From Candidatus Coatesbacteria bacterium (GTDB lineage Bacteria; JAFGND01), in contig JAFGND010000071.1 in assembly GCA_016927185.1 (NCBI GenBank), positions 114,606 through 134,605 of the forward strand: 20,000 nucleotides of DNA, read 5' to 3'. The stretch's first letter is position 1; the number at the start of each line of letters is the position of its first letter. The notes below the pieces were generated by a model. That model made no database searches. It saw only the letters and a program-made list of their open reading frames with translations, and was not told the DNA's origin. Made by a program: the position numbers and the translations under genes. Of the stretch, positions 1 to 8,074 are shown piece by piece.

Positions 1-1680
1 ATTACCTTCTTTTCTATCTACAAGAAATTCCTTTATAGATGGTTCCATATTTTTTATAACTTGTTCTACCTCTGTAAAAGCTTCCGGTGTAAGTGAATTT
101 ATTGTATTTTTTGATGATACCAGTTCAGAAGAAAGTAGTGGATAAGCTAATTCATTCAGTCTATGATTTGTTAATAAAATGGATCCATCTTTGTCTACAA
201 GATGGATAGCTGTATCAAGGTTGTCTATTATTTCCTGGTTGAGATTACTTAAAGCTTCTATCTTTGCAGTAGCCTCTTTTTCTGAAGTTATATCATATGT
301 CAAACCAATGATTCCTTTTGGAACCCCATAATTATCAGTAATAACTGAAGCATTGAAAAGAATGGGAAATATCGTTCCATTCTTTCTTTGGGCTTTCAGC
401 TCAGCTGAGATGCTGCCTTTATTCTGAAGATTTGTTATTACCTGATTTAAAGCGTCCTCATTTTCTGATGATGGAGTGAATATCTGAATATGTTTTCCGA
501 TAAGTTCATTCCTGTTATAACCATATATACTTTCCTGGGAAGGATTTGTGAATATAATTCTGCCATTTAAATCCGATATTATCACTCCATCTCTTGATGC
601 TTGAATTGCCTGCTTAAGAAGAAGCATTTCCTGTTCTAGTTCTTTTCTTTCTGTAATGTCTATTTGTGCAGAAAGGCCAAGTATGAACCCTCCTTCCTTG
701 TCTTTAATAGGAAACTCATTTACAAGAATGGATTTTGTTCTTCCAAGTCTGTCCAGACAGTTTATTTCTTTATCTCTTACTTGATTGCCAGAGAAGACTT
801 CTGAGATCAGGGAAAGAGCACTATCTGAATGTTTGTAAATGGATTCTAACAATGGCTTATTAAGTATTTCTTCAGCCTTGAATCCATAAAGATCTTCTGC
901 TGCTTTGTTAAATCTTATTATATTTCCAAATTCATCGAAAGCTATCATGGCAATAGGTGATGAATAAAAGAAATTCTTGAATAGAACTTCTGAATTCCTT
1001 AGCTGTTCTTCATTTTTTTTTCTCTCTTTTATTTCTCTTGCGAAAAAGAGTATGCATTTTTGTTCCCTGTAATCAATGATATTTGTATTTATTTCTACAG
1101 GGATGATCTGCTTATCCTTGGTAATGAAAGAAGTTTCGAATTGTATTTCACTTGTCTCGAATAACTTGCGGATGATTCTGGAGAGATTTACATGCTGATG
1201 CTGTTCAAAGAACTCCAGGATATTCTTTCCTATCAGGTTTTTTCCCTTGGCAAGGATTTCATTTGCTGTTCTGTTTACATAATCTATCTCCCCACTCATA
1301 TCAAATAGCAATACAAGATCTGATGAAGCTTCAAGTATTGATTTCATCTCTTCAAATCGCTTCATCAGATTGTTTATTTCAGTTATCTCATTCAATATAA
1401 ATGCATTATTTTCATTATCAAGTCTTATTGATTCTATCCTGAAAGACCTGTTAAGAGGAGGTATTAATGAAATGCCATTTCCATTCCTGTCGCTTCTTGG
1501 ACACCATGAACATGGTTTGTTTTGGTGATAAAACCTTTTATAACAAATATCATTTTCTGTGTTTATCCATATTTCTGAAGCAGATTTATTTACGAAATTA
1601 ATTCTATCATGATTATCACATATATAGATAGGATTTGATGTCTTTTCTGCAATAATCTTATAAAACTCAAGTTTCTTCAT
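1..1680 (-). CDS. Multi-PAS (at least 5 PAS/PAC) sensor protein, 3' end outside the window; output domain (kinase/GGDEF/other) not visible
   Basis: Translated by hand; not in the ORF track. ATG at 1680 overlaps the upstream TAA (TAATG), and 560 codons are open to the window edge. Repeated PAS N-termini: EKTSNPIYICDNHDRINFVNKSA, EASSDLVLLFDMSGEIDYVNRTA, SSPIAMIAFDEFGNIIRFNKAAEDLYG, ASRDGVIISDLNGRIIFTNPSQESIYGY, DNLDTAIHLVDKDGSILLTN. PAC ends: AREIKERKKNEEQLRNSE, DITERKELEQ, DITSEK. Confidence 0.93.
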   Translation of the reverse strand, partial: MKKLEFYKIIAEKTSNPIYICDNHDRINFVNKSASEIWINTENDICYKRFYHQNKPCSWCPRSDRNGNGISLIPPLNRSFRIESIRLDNENNAFILNEITEINNLMKRFEEMKSILEASSDLVLLFDMSGEIDYVNRTANEILAKGKNLIGKNILEFFEQHQHVNLSRIIRKLFETSEIQFETSFITKDKQIIPVEINTNIIDYREQKCILFFAREIKERKKNEEQLRNSEVLFKNFFYSSPIAMIAFDEFGNIIRFNKAAEDLYGFKAEEILNKPLLESIYKHSDSALSLISEVFSGNQVRDKEINCLDRLGRTKSILVNEFPIKDKEGGFILGLSAQIDITERKELEQEMLLLKQAIQASRDGVIISDLNGRIIFTNPSQESIYGYNRNELIGKHIQIFTPSSENEDALNQVITNLQNKGSISAELKAQRKNGTIFPILFNASVITDNYGVPKGIIGLTYDITSEKEATAKIEALSNLNQEIIDNLDTAIHLVDKDGSILLTNHRLNELAYPLLSSELVSSKNTINSLTPEAFTEVEQVIKNMEPSIKEFLVDRKEGN

Positions 1681-3233
1681 TATCTTTCTAATCTTGTTCT
1701 ATAAAATCTTATCAATTTTATTATTTCCTTTGTTTCAGGATCATTCAGTTTCACATCAAGAGGAGAATCCTTTAAATGCAAAATCCATTTTCTGAATGCT
1801 AGTTTCACTTGCAGTCTATATAGAATTCTGGTCAAGTAAAAAGCTGTCCATCCTGAAAAAAAAAGTGTTTTAAATCCCTGCATATATCCTCTTCCGAATT
1901 TGATTAGATTTTTCAGTTCATCGCGATTAACAATAGTCGGATCAACAAGATCTGACAGGAATTCCTTAACAACTTTTTGTTCCTTGTATAGTGCCCAGTA
2001 AATCTGGAGAATTATCAGTACTCCTGCCAATAAACCAGCTGAAAAAATGCGGATAGAAATTGCCTCTTTTATACTTTCAGTTTTTGCAAAAAAGCCTATT
2101 CCATTCCATAATGAATGTAACATAACAGCAATAGTAATGCCTATAAATGGGTATACAAACCTTAATTTATCTTTTGGCAGTTCCCTCATTCTTCCCAGGG
2201 AAAAACCTATTATTCCAGTCCATGCAGGATGACATATAGTTGCAAGGAATAGACTTCTGCTATAAAAGATTTGACCTAGATTGGACTTTGCTAATAAAAT
2301 TGTTTTTAGATTCAAATCATTTGATTGAGCAAGGTTTATGAAATAAATACCATTCTCGACTATAGCGAAACCTAATCCAATAGTAAGTCCATATAGTATA
2401 CCATCGAGAGTATTCGCAAATTTATCCTTAAGAAATATAAAAAGGAAAATGAGACCAAGTCCTTTCAAGAATTCTTCTACAATAGGTGCTACTCCTGAAA
2501 TAACAAGAAGTGAGGGGAGATTCGGATTTGAAGATAAGGTTTTAGTGAATATTGTAATCATAAGGCTTGAAAAAGTGTTTATAAATAAAGCAGCACCTGT
2601 AGCTGCAATTCCCCCCCATGCAATTGTAGAAATTATAAAGAAAAAAGAAATTCTTCTGTGGTAATCCAGAAGATGTATTATATAAAGATAAGGGATTAAT
2701 GGAATTCCAGCCAGAAATGCTCCCATCGCTATTATTTTCGGATGTTTTGCTCCTGAAATAAATCCCATAAAAAGAGCCAGTATGCTTCCCCCGAAAATCA
2801 ATATCATTGTAGCAAAAAGAAGAACAATCATTCTGAGAGGAGTTATTTTGTAGTCTCCCATCTTGAACAAGGTTTCTTCCTGTTCTTTTGTTGATATTCT
2901 TACTTCTCCTATGGCTGGAACAGTTTTTCCATAAGGGAGCATCTCCACTTTCAGATTTGTGGAACCCAATCTTATAATATCTCCATTTTTAAGGAACTTC
3001 GGGGACTGTATTAATTTCTCGTTAAGAAAGGAGCCACTGGTAGAACCTAGATCCAGTATAAGCAATCCCGCTTCTGAAGAAACAATTTTTGCATGTTTTA
3101 TTGATAACTGATTGTCATGTATAATGATATTGGAATTTTCTTCTTTTCCGATAATGAATTCTCCTTCCCCAATAAGGAATGAAACCTCTTTATCGGGTCC
3201 GTTAAGTATTCTTAGAGCAAATGATCTTACCAA
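1680..3233 (-). CDS. FHA domain fused to a PrsW-family intramembrane glutamic protease
   Basis: N-terminal ~95 aa is FHA-like (IIGK...LSIKHA...LDLGSTSGSFLN...LKNGDIIRLG). A multi-TM region follows with PrsW motifs EEFLK, GLGFAIVEN, CHPAWTG and HSLWN. The TTG start overlaps the end of the upstream gene by 7 nt. Confidence 0.88.
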   Translation of the reverse strand: MVRSFALRILNGPDKEVSFLIGEGEFIIGKEENSNIIIHDNQLSIKHAKIVSSEAGLLILDLGSTSGSFLNEKLIQSPKFLKNGDIIRLGSTNLKVEMLPYGKTVPAIGEVRISTKEQEETLFKMGDYKITPLRMIVLLFATMILIFGGSILALFMGFISGAKHPKIIAMGAFLAGIPLIPYLYIIHLLDYHRRISFFFIISTIAWGGIAATGAALFINTFSSLMITIFTKTLSSNPNLPSLLVISGVAPIVEEFLKGLGLIFLFIFLKDKFANTLDGILYGLTIGLGFAIVENGIYFINLAQSNDLNLKTILLAKSNLGQIFYSRSLFLATICHPAWTGIIGFSLGRMRELPKDKLRFVYPFIGITIAVMLHSLWNGIGFFAKTESIKEAISIRIFSAGLLAGVLIILQIYWALYKEQKVVKEFLSDLVDPTIVNRDELKNLIKFGRGYMQGFKTLFFSGWTAFYLTRILYRLQVKLAFRKWILHLKDSPLDVKLNDPETKEIIKLIRFYRTRLER

Positions 3234-5653
3234 TGCAGATAAAGCTGAAATCCTAAAGCATGTTCTCTTCTGACATCCGTAAAACCTGGATGTTCTATCA
3301 GTTCATCTTGCGGATCCGGTCTATACATGAAACTATTGTGATCATAAACCGATCTTTTATATGCATAGAAACCTTTCAGATCCATGTTTTTGCCTATCTT
3401 GTTTATCAGAACAAGGTAGGTTTTATAACCTCTTCCATCAAGAAAATCAATACCTCTTTCATCGAATTCCCACTGGGACATTCCATTTGTCGTCCAGTAG
3501 GTTACTCCAAGTTTCAATGAAAGTGATTCATTGAATCTGTGATTCAGATAGCTGTTCAGGAAACCGCCTTCCATCTTTTCTCGAAGAGCTGTGTTTTCAG
3601 TTCCCATGAGTTTAACTCTTCCATATCTTGTAGAGATTGCAAGGAAATCTTGTCTTGATACTGGTGAAAAAACGCTGAAAGTAGTCTCGTCTGTAACACT
3701 TTCTGAATAATTACCTGTTTTCGGTAGTTCTCTTTGTTGATGTTTGTGTCTTATCCTGAATCTCAGTGGATGAACAGGTTTATATTCAACTTCTCCCTGA
3801 AAACGTGATCCTGTACCGCCTGTATCAAGATCAGTCCACAAGTCCATGTAAGCTCTTGTAATAGTAATATTCCTGGAAAGTCTCATCCTTGTCTCTGCAT
3901 ACCATCCATCTTCAGGTTTGGGTGTTGGATAATCCTGAATCAGAGACATCAAAGGATCATTCAGTCTATAGTCCTTCTCGAACATTGTATCTTCAAATCT
4001 CGCATGTTCAGAGAATCCCCTGTTGTATGGATTATCATAAGCAAGATCATATCTTCTCTTTGCAATTGACAAATACCCCAATCTGTGTTGGAAGTAATTT
4101 TTTATCATATAAGCAAGTCCTTCACCCTCACTCTGCCTAGCAATCTCTCCAGATAATCCCCAGAAACCGATTATTGTCCTGAAATCTCCCCCAATAACAG
4201 TTCTCTTGTCACCTTTCATTAAAGTGGAAAAGGTTTTTGTGTCCATGTAATCTGAATCATTTGGTATATCAAATGTAGCTTCTTGAGGATTAAAAATCTT
4301 GTCATATTTGGTTTTAAGTATTGTAAAACCAAGTTGTGTTCCCCAGGGAAGAGGGTTTAACTCGCCGAGATTCATAGATAAATGCCCCCCTAGAGCAGTT
4401 TCCTTCACTGCATCTTTTTCTTCTTCCGGTATAATGCTGTAATCATTGTACATAAGGCTGTAAGTTCCATCCTGGTTTTCATATGCAGCTCTTTTCTGCA
4501 TAGAACCAAATGCAGTCAGTGATACAAAATCATTCCTCATTTCAGCAGCTCCACCTCTGAAGGAGAAAGCTCTGTTACTTGAGATATCTCCGTAAATGCC
4601 TTTTGTCCTGAAGTCCGATCTAGCTCTATACTCATCAGTATTATCTACTATCAATCCTTCACCAAAGGTCACTCTGTAATCTCCTACTATAAGCTTATGG
4701 AGATAAGGGTAGTTCTGTACAGAAGCATAACCTTTATAAAGATCGTAATACTTTTCTGCAAACTGCTCATGTCTTAGTGCAACTCCTGCAATTATATTAT
4801 TACCCATGAATAATCTCACTCTGTCACTATGAACTCCCTGGGATTTGTACTTATCAAGGATAGATAACTCTTGTTCCAGTCTTTTCTTCAATCTGGTAGT
4901 ATCAATTCCAGTTCCTTCATAATTATGATATCCAGTATTGATGTCATCAATTGCAGCTTCCAGTGAAGATATCCATTCATCCTTTGTATAGGAATCACCA
5001 ACCATGTCTAAAGTTGTAAAATCCAGTTCTGATCTTACATCACCATGAAATGCATATTTGTTTTTGCTGTCATACATATTTATAAAAGGTCTCAATCCAA
5101 AATAACCGCTTGAAGAGAAATTTTCAAGTCTTCTTATCGTATAATACCCACTTAACCTGCTACCTTCTTCTTTGCGTTCTTTTACGGTTTTTGAAAGTAC
5201 AGCAGCATCTATTAATGAAACTCCCTGAAACTGCAGTAAATCATCCATTGATAATGAATGAACATCAACAGGAGTTATAAGATAACTTTCCCAGACATCA
5301 ACAGCTGCAGTTCCTGGGCCATCTTCATCAAGCAACCTTTCATGAAGCCTTTCTATCTGACCGAAAAAACTTCTTGCTTTTTTAGAAATGAACAAGGATG
5401 TTGAAGAATTGACTTTGTTGAAAGTAGATATATCCATGCCTGAGACTTTCCATAAATCCAGATATGTTCTGAAACCATCGTGTTCATTTCTCCATTTTAT
5501 AATATTTATTGAAATTTCAACAGGTATTTGAGCTATTTTTGAAAGTTCCTGAGCAGTTACATCATTTATGTTAGGAGCAACATTTGCTTCAGTTGTTTCC
5601 AAAAAGAAAGCCAGTATCATGAAAAATGCTGGAATAATAATCTTTCTGAACAT
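3227..5653 (-). CDS. Secreted helix-hairpin-helix (ComEA-like) domain protein with predicted C-terminal outer-membrane beta-barrel
   Basis: SD AAAGGAG at 5665-5659 favours ATG 5653 (or 5656) over the track's 5671. Sec signal MFRKIIIPAFFMILAFFLETTEA. ComEA-like HhH NINDVTAQELSKI...IIKWRNEHDGFRTYLDLWKVSGM, and a second degenerate copy PVDVHSLSMDDLLQFQGVS. The remainder has alternating beta-strand patterns (GDYRVTFGEGL, FSFRGGA) and ends in an aromatic beta-signal-like LGFQLYLHW. Confidence 0.75.
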   Translation of the reverse strand: MFRKIIIPAFFMILAFFLETTEANVAPNINDVTAQELSKIAQIPVEISINIIKWRNEHDGFRTYLDLWKVSGMDISTFNKVNSSTSLFISKKARSFFGQIERLHERLLDEDGPGTAAVDVWESYLITPVDVHSLSMDDLLQFQGVSLIDAAVLSKTVKERKEEGSRLSGYYTIRRLENFSSSGYFGLRPFINMYDSKNKYAFHGDVRSELDFTTLDMVGDSYTKDEWISSLEAAIDDINTGYHNYEGTGIDTTRLKKRLEQELSILDKYKSQGVHSDRVRLFMGNNIIAGVALRHEQFAEKYYDLYKGYASVQNYPYLHKLIVGDYRVTFGEGLIVDNTDEYRARSDFRTKGIYGDISSNRAFSFRGGAAEMRNDFVSLTAFGSMQKRAAYENQDGTYSLMYNDYSIIPEEEKDAVKETALGGHLSMNLGELNPLPWGTQLGFTILKTKYDKIFNPQEATFDIPNDSDYMDTKTFSTLMKGDKRTVIGGDFRTIIGFWGLSGEIARQSEGEGLAYMIKNYFQHRLGYLSIAKRRYDLAYDNPYNRGFSEHARFEDTMFEKDYRLNDPLMSLIQDYPTPKPEDGWYAETRMRLSRNITITRAYMDLWTDLDTGGTGSRFQGEVEYKPVHPLRFRIRHKHQQRELPKTGNYSESVTDETTFSVFSPVSRQDFLAISTRYGRVKLMGTENTALREKMEGGFLNSYLNHRFNESLSLKLGVTYWTTNGMSQWEFDERGIDFLDGRGYKTYLVLINKIGKNMDLKGFYAYKRSVYDHNSFMYRPDPQDELIEHPGFTDVRREHALGFQLYLHW

Positions 5654-5731
5654 CATTTCTCCTTTAAGCAAGTGCTTAGGTTAAAAGGAAGATTCCACTT
5701 GTTTAAGTCAAGAGAATTGATTTTTTGCCTG

Positions 5732-6148
5732 TTATACATCCTCAATTTTTATTTCTGGTTCTAGTGATTTAAGAAATCCAGCTCTGTCAATTATTGCAAG
5801 TATGAGAAATGTTAATGTAAACGAGATGAATGATACAAGAATGGTTTTCCCCTCGCTAAGCCCATTTCTCGAGACAATAATATAAGTTAATGCAAGAATG
5901 ACAACAGGAAAAACAAAGATAAGCAAGGTTGAGAGTATTGTCTGCCATTCCATACTCTCAACCTTAACTTTTTTTCCTATCTCTAAATTCCTGTTTTTTA
6001 TTTTTTTTCTGGAAACAGTGAGTATCCTCTTGCCTTCAAGCATTTTGCAGTTGCACTTCTGGCTGCAGCTTTCACAATTATCTGAAGGATCTATCTTTAT
6101 CCTTATTGATTTATCATCAAGTGATATTATTTCACCGTTCTCTGTCAT
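5732..6148 (-). CDS. rseC: RseC/MucC family membrane protein (SoxR-reducing system / sigma-E regulator family)
   Basis: MTENGEII... start, Cys cluster CESCSQKCNC, GKKVKVE, then two TM helices including IFVFP. Size (138 aa) and layout are typical of RseC_MucC. Confidence 0.78.
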   Translation of the reverse strand: MTENGEIISLDDKSIRIKIDPSDNCESCSQKCNCKMLEGKRILTVSRKKIKNRNLEIGKKVKVESMEWQTILSTLLIFVFPVVILALTYIIVSRNGLSEGKTILVSFISFTLTFLILAIIDRAGFLKSLEPEIKIEDV

Positions 6149-6154
6149 ATAATT

Positions 6155-7072
6155 CTATATTACATTAAGAAGCTTCATCATTATTGCTTTCTGCCCATGC
6201 AATCTGTTCTCAGCTTCATCAAAAACCACGGATTGCTTTCCATCCATTACCTCATCAGTTATTTCCCTTCCTCTTTCAGCAGGAAGGCAATGCATTACTA
6301 TTGCATTCTCGTTAGCATATTTTAAGAGTTTTGCATTTAACTGGAATGCCTTAAGCAGTCTCTCTTTTTTCTCTATCTGATCTTTTTGTCCCATGCTTGC
6401 CCAGACATCAGTATAGATTACATCAGCATCTTTTACAGCTTCTTTTGGATCATTAGTAAGTGTTATCCTGGACATTCCTGCCTTTTTTGCTTCTTTTAGA
6501 ATATTCTTGTCAGGCTCACAACTGCTTGCTGTACCAATTCTCAAGTCTAATTTAAGAAGTTTGGAAGCATTCAGCCAGCTGTTAGTCATATTATTACCAT
6601 CTCCAATATATGCAATTTTCAGGTTTTCCAGACGTCCCTTGTGTTCAAGGACAGTCAGCAAATCGCAAACTACCTGACATGGATGAAGAAGGTCTGTTAA
6701 TCCATTAATCACTGGAACTGTTGCATATTTAGCAAGTTCAACAACATCATTATGATTGAAAGTCCTTATCATTATCATTCCAAGATAGCGAGATAAGACT
6801 ATTGCTGCATCATGTATTGTCTCTCGCTGTCCAAGTTTTATTTCATTATCCGTAATGTAAATTGCATTTCCACCTAATTGTGCAACTCCTACTTCAAATG
6901 AAATTCTTGTTCTAAGGCTTGCTTTGTGGAAAATCAAACCAACTGACTTTCCTTCAAGCGGTTTAGGGCATTTCCCAAATTTTGTGAGCATTTTCAATTC
7001 TTTTGCAAGATATATTGTTTCTATCAATTCTTCTCTTGTAAAATCAGGAATTGCCAGGAAATCTCGTTTCAT
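6155..7072 (-). CDS. argF: Ornithine carbamoyltransferase
   Basis: Motifs SLRTRISF, HPCQ, GDGNN, DVWASMG, HCLP and AENRLH. SD AAAGGAG at 7084-7078 places the start at ATG 7072 (MKRDFL, 305 aa), not 7231. Confidence 0.95.
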   Translation of the reverse strand: MKRDFLAIPDFTREELIETIYLAKELKMLTKFGKCPKPLEGKSVGLIFHKASLRTRISFEVGVAQLGGNAIYITDNEIKLGQRETIHDAAIVLSRYLGMIMIRTFNHNDVVELAKYATVPVINGLTDLLHPCQVVCDLLTVLEHKGRLENLKIAYIGDGNNMTNSWLNASKLLKLDLRIGTASSCEPDKNILKEAKKAGMSRITLTNDPKEAVKDADVIYTDVWASMGQKDQIEKKERLLKAFQLNAKLLKYANENAIVMHCLPAERGREITDEVMDGKQSVVFDEAENRLHGQKAIMMKLLNVI

Positions 7073-7316
7073 TTTGTCTCCTTTCAGCTGTTCATTACAC
7101 ATCAAGTTTGTCTTTTTAATAATACTTTTCTGTTGCTTCAGATAATTGCCAAATTCCTCACAATGCACCAAATTTGCAAGGAGTTTAAACTTGCTTGAGA
7201 AATAACAGACAAGTTTAATCCATGAATTCATGGTTTTGTAATAACAAAGGTGTCTGTCTGAAGTTTTGCTTTTCTTGATCTTGACATAAACCTGTATTTT
7301 TTTATCCCGAGTATAA

Positions 7317-8063
7317 ATGCTTATTTATTTATCCATGGTTTTATTGCTTCAGCCAATTCCAACTGACAGGATCAATAAGAAAGATAATGCAGAATTGATA
7401 TGGATAACTCCATCCAGCTTTATAGATATCATGGGCAAAAGAAGAAACTTGAATGGATTCTGGATATATAAATATGAAGTAACAAATGAACAGTTTGCAA
7501 GATTTTGTGATGAAACAAACAGGGATTATCCATCTGATCCAGATGATACAAAATGGGAACTTAATAATTATATGAAGAGTTTCCCAAAGTATCCAGTAGT
7601 AAACATTACCTGGCAGGAAGCAAAATCTTATGCTAGCTGGGCAGGAGGAAGGCTTCCTACAGAAATGGAGTGGGAGATTGCTTCAGAAGTGGATTATAAT
7701 AATAAATATATTTGGGGAAATAGCGAAGAAAATCTGGAAAATCTTGGTAATATTGCGGGACAGGAATTGAAGGATGTTTTTCCTGGATGGACTCTTGAAA
7801 AACATTGTGATAATTTCAAATGGACTTCTCCTGTTGGTTCTTTCAGGGCAAACAGGAATGGGATTTATGACATGACAGGAAATGCTTTTGAGTGGTGCGA
7901 TGACTGGTTTTATGATAAAGACGAAAAAAAGATGACATTCAAGAAGGTTCTTAAGGGAGGTTCTTATTCATCTTACAAGGAGCAGCTATCTGCACAATCC
8001 AGATTTGCTGAATATCCTGTAACAAGAAGCTCAAATATTGGTTTCAGAATTGTCATGCGATAA
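7317..8063 (+). CDS. FGE-sulfatase (SUMF1/EgtB/PvdO, CLec-fold) domain protein, probably exported
   Basis: Motifs YEVTNEQF, PVVNITWQEA..YASW.GGRLPTEMEWE, SPVGSF..N..GIYDMTGNAFEWC, KGGSY and IGFR. Short hydrophobic N-terminus. Confidence 0.9.
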   Translation: MLIYLSMVLLLQPIPTDRINKKDNAELIWITPSSFIDIMGKRRNLNGFWIYKYEVTNEQFARFCDETNRDYPSDPDDTKWELNNYMKSFPKYPVVNITWQEAKSYASWAGGRLPTEMEWEIASEVDYNNKYIWGNSEENLENLGNIAGQELKDVFPGWTLEKHCDNFKWTSPVGSFRANRNGIYDMTGNAFEWCDDWFYDKDEKKMTFKKVLKGGSYSSYKEQLSAQSRFAEYPVTRSSNIGFRIVMR

Positions 8064-8074
8064 AAGGAGTCGAT

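Noticed and set aside
6155-7072. N-acetyl- or N-succinyl-ornithine transcarbamylase, suggested by SLRT instead of STRT
   Set aside because: The ornithine-binding DxxxSMG loop (DVWASMG) and HCLPA are intact, as in ordinary OTCases.
7073-7231. N-terminal extensions given by the track for argF (also 19712-19777 for the lipoprotein and 5654-5671 for the HhH protein)
   Set aside because: Strong AAAGGAG SD sites sit just before the downstream ATGs, and the protein families or signal peptides begin there.
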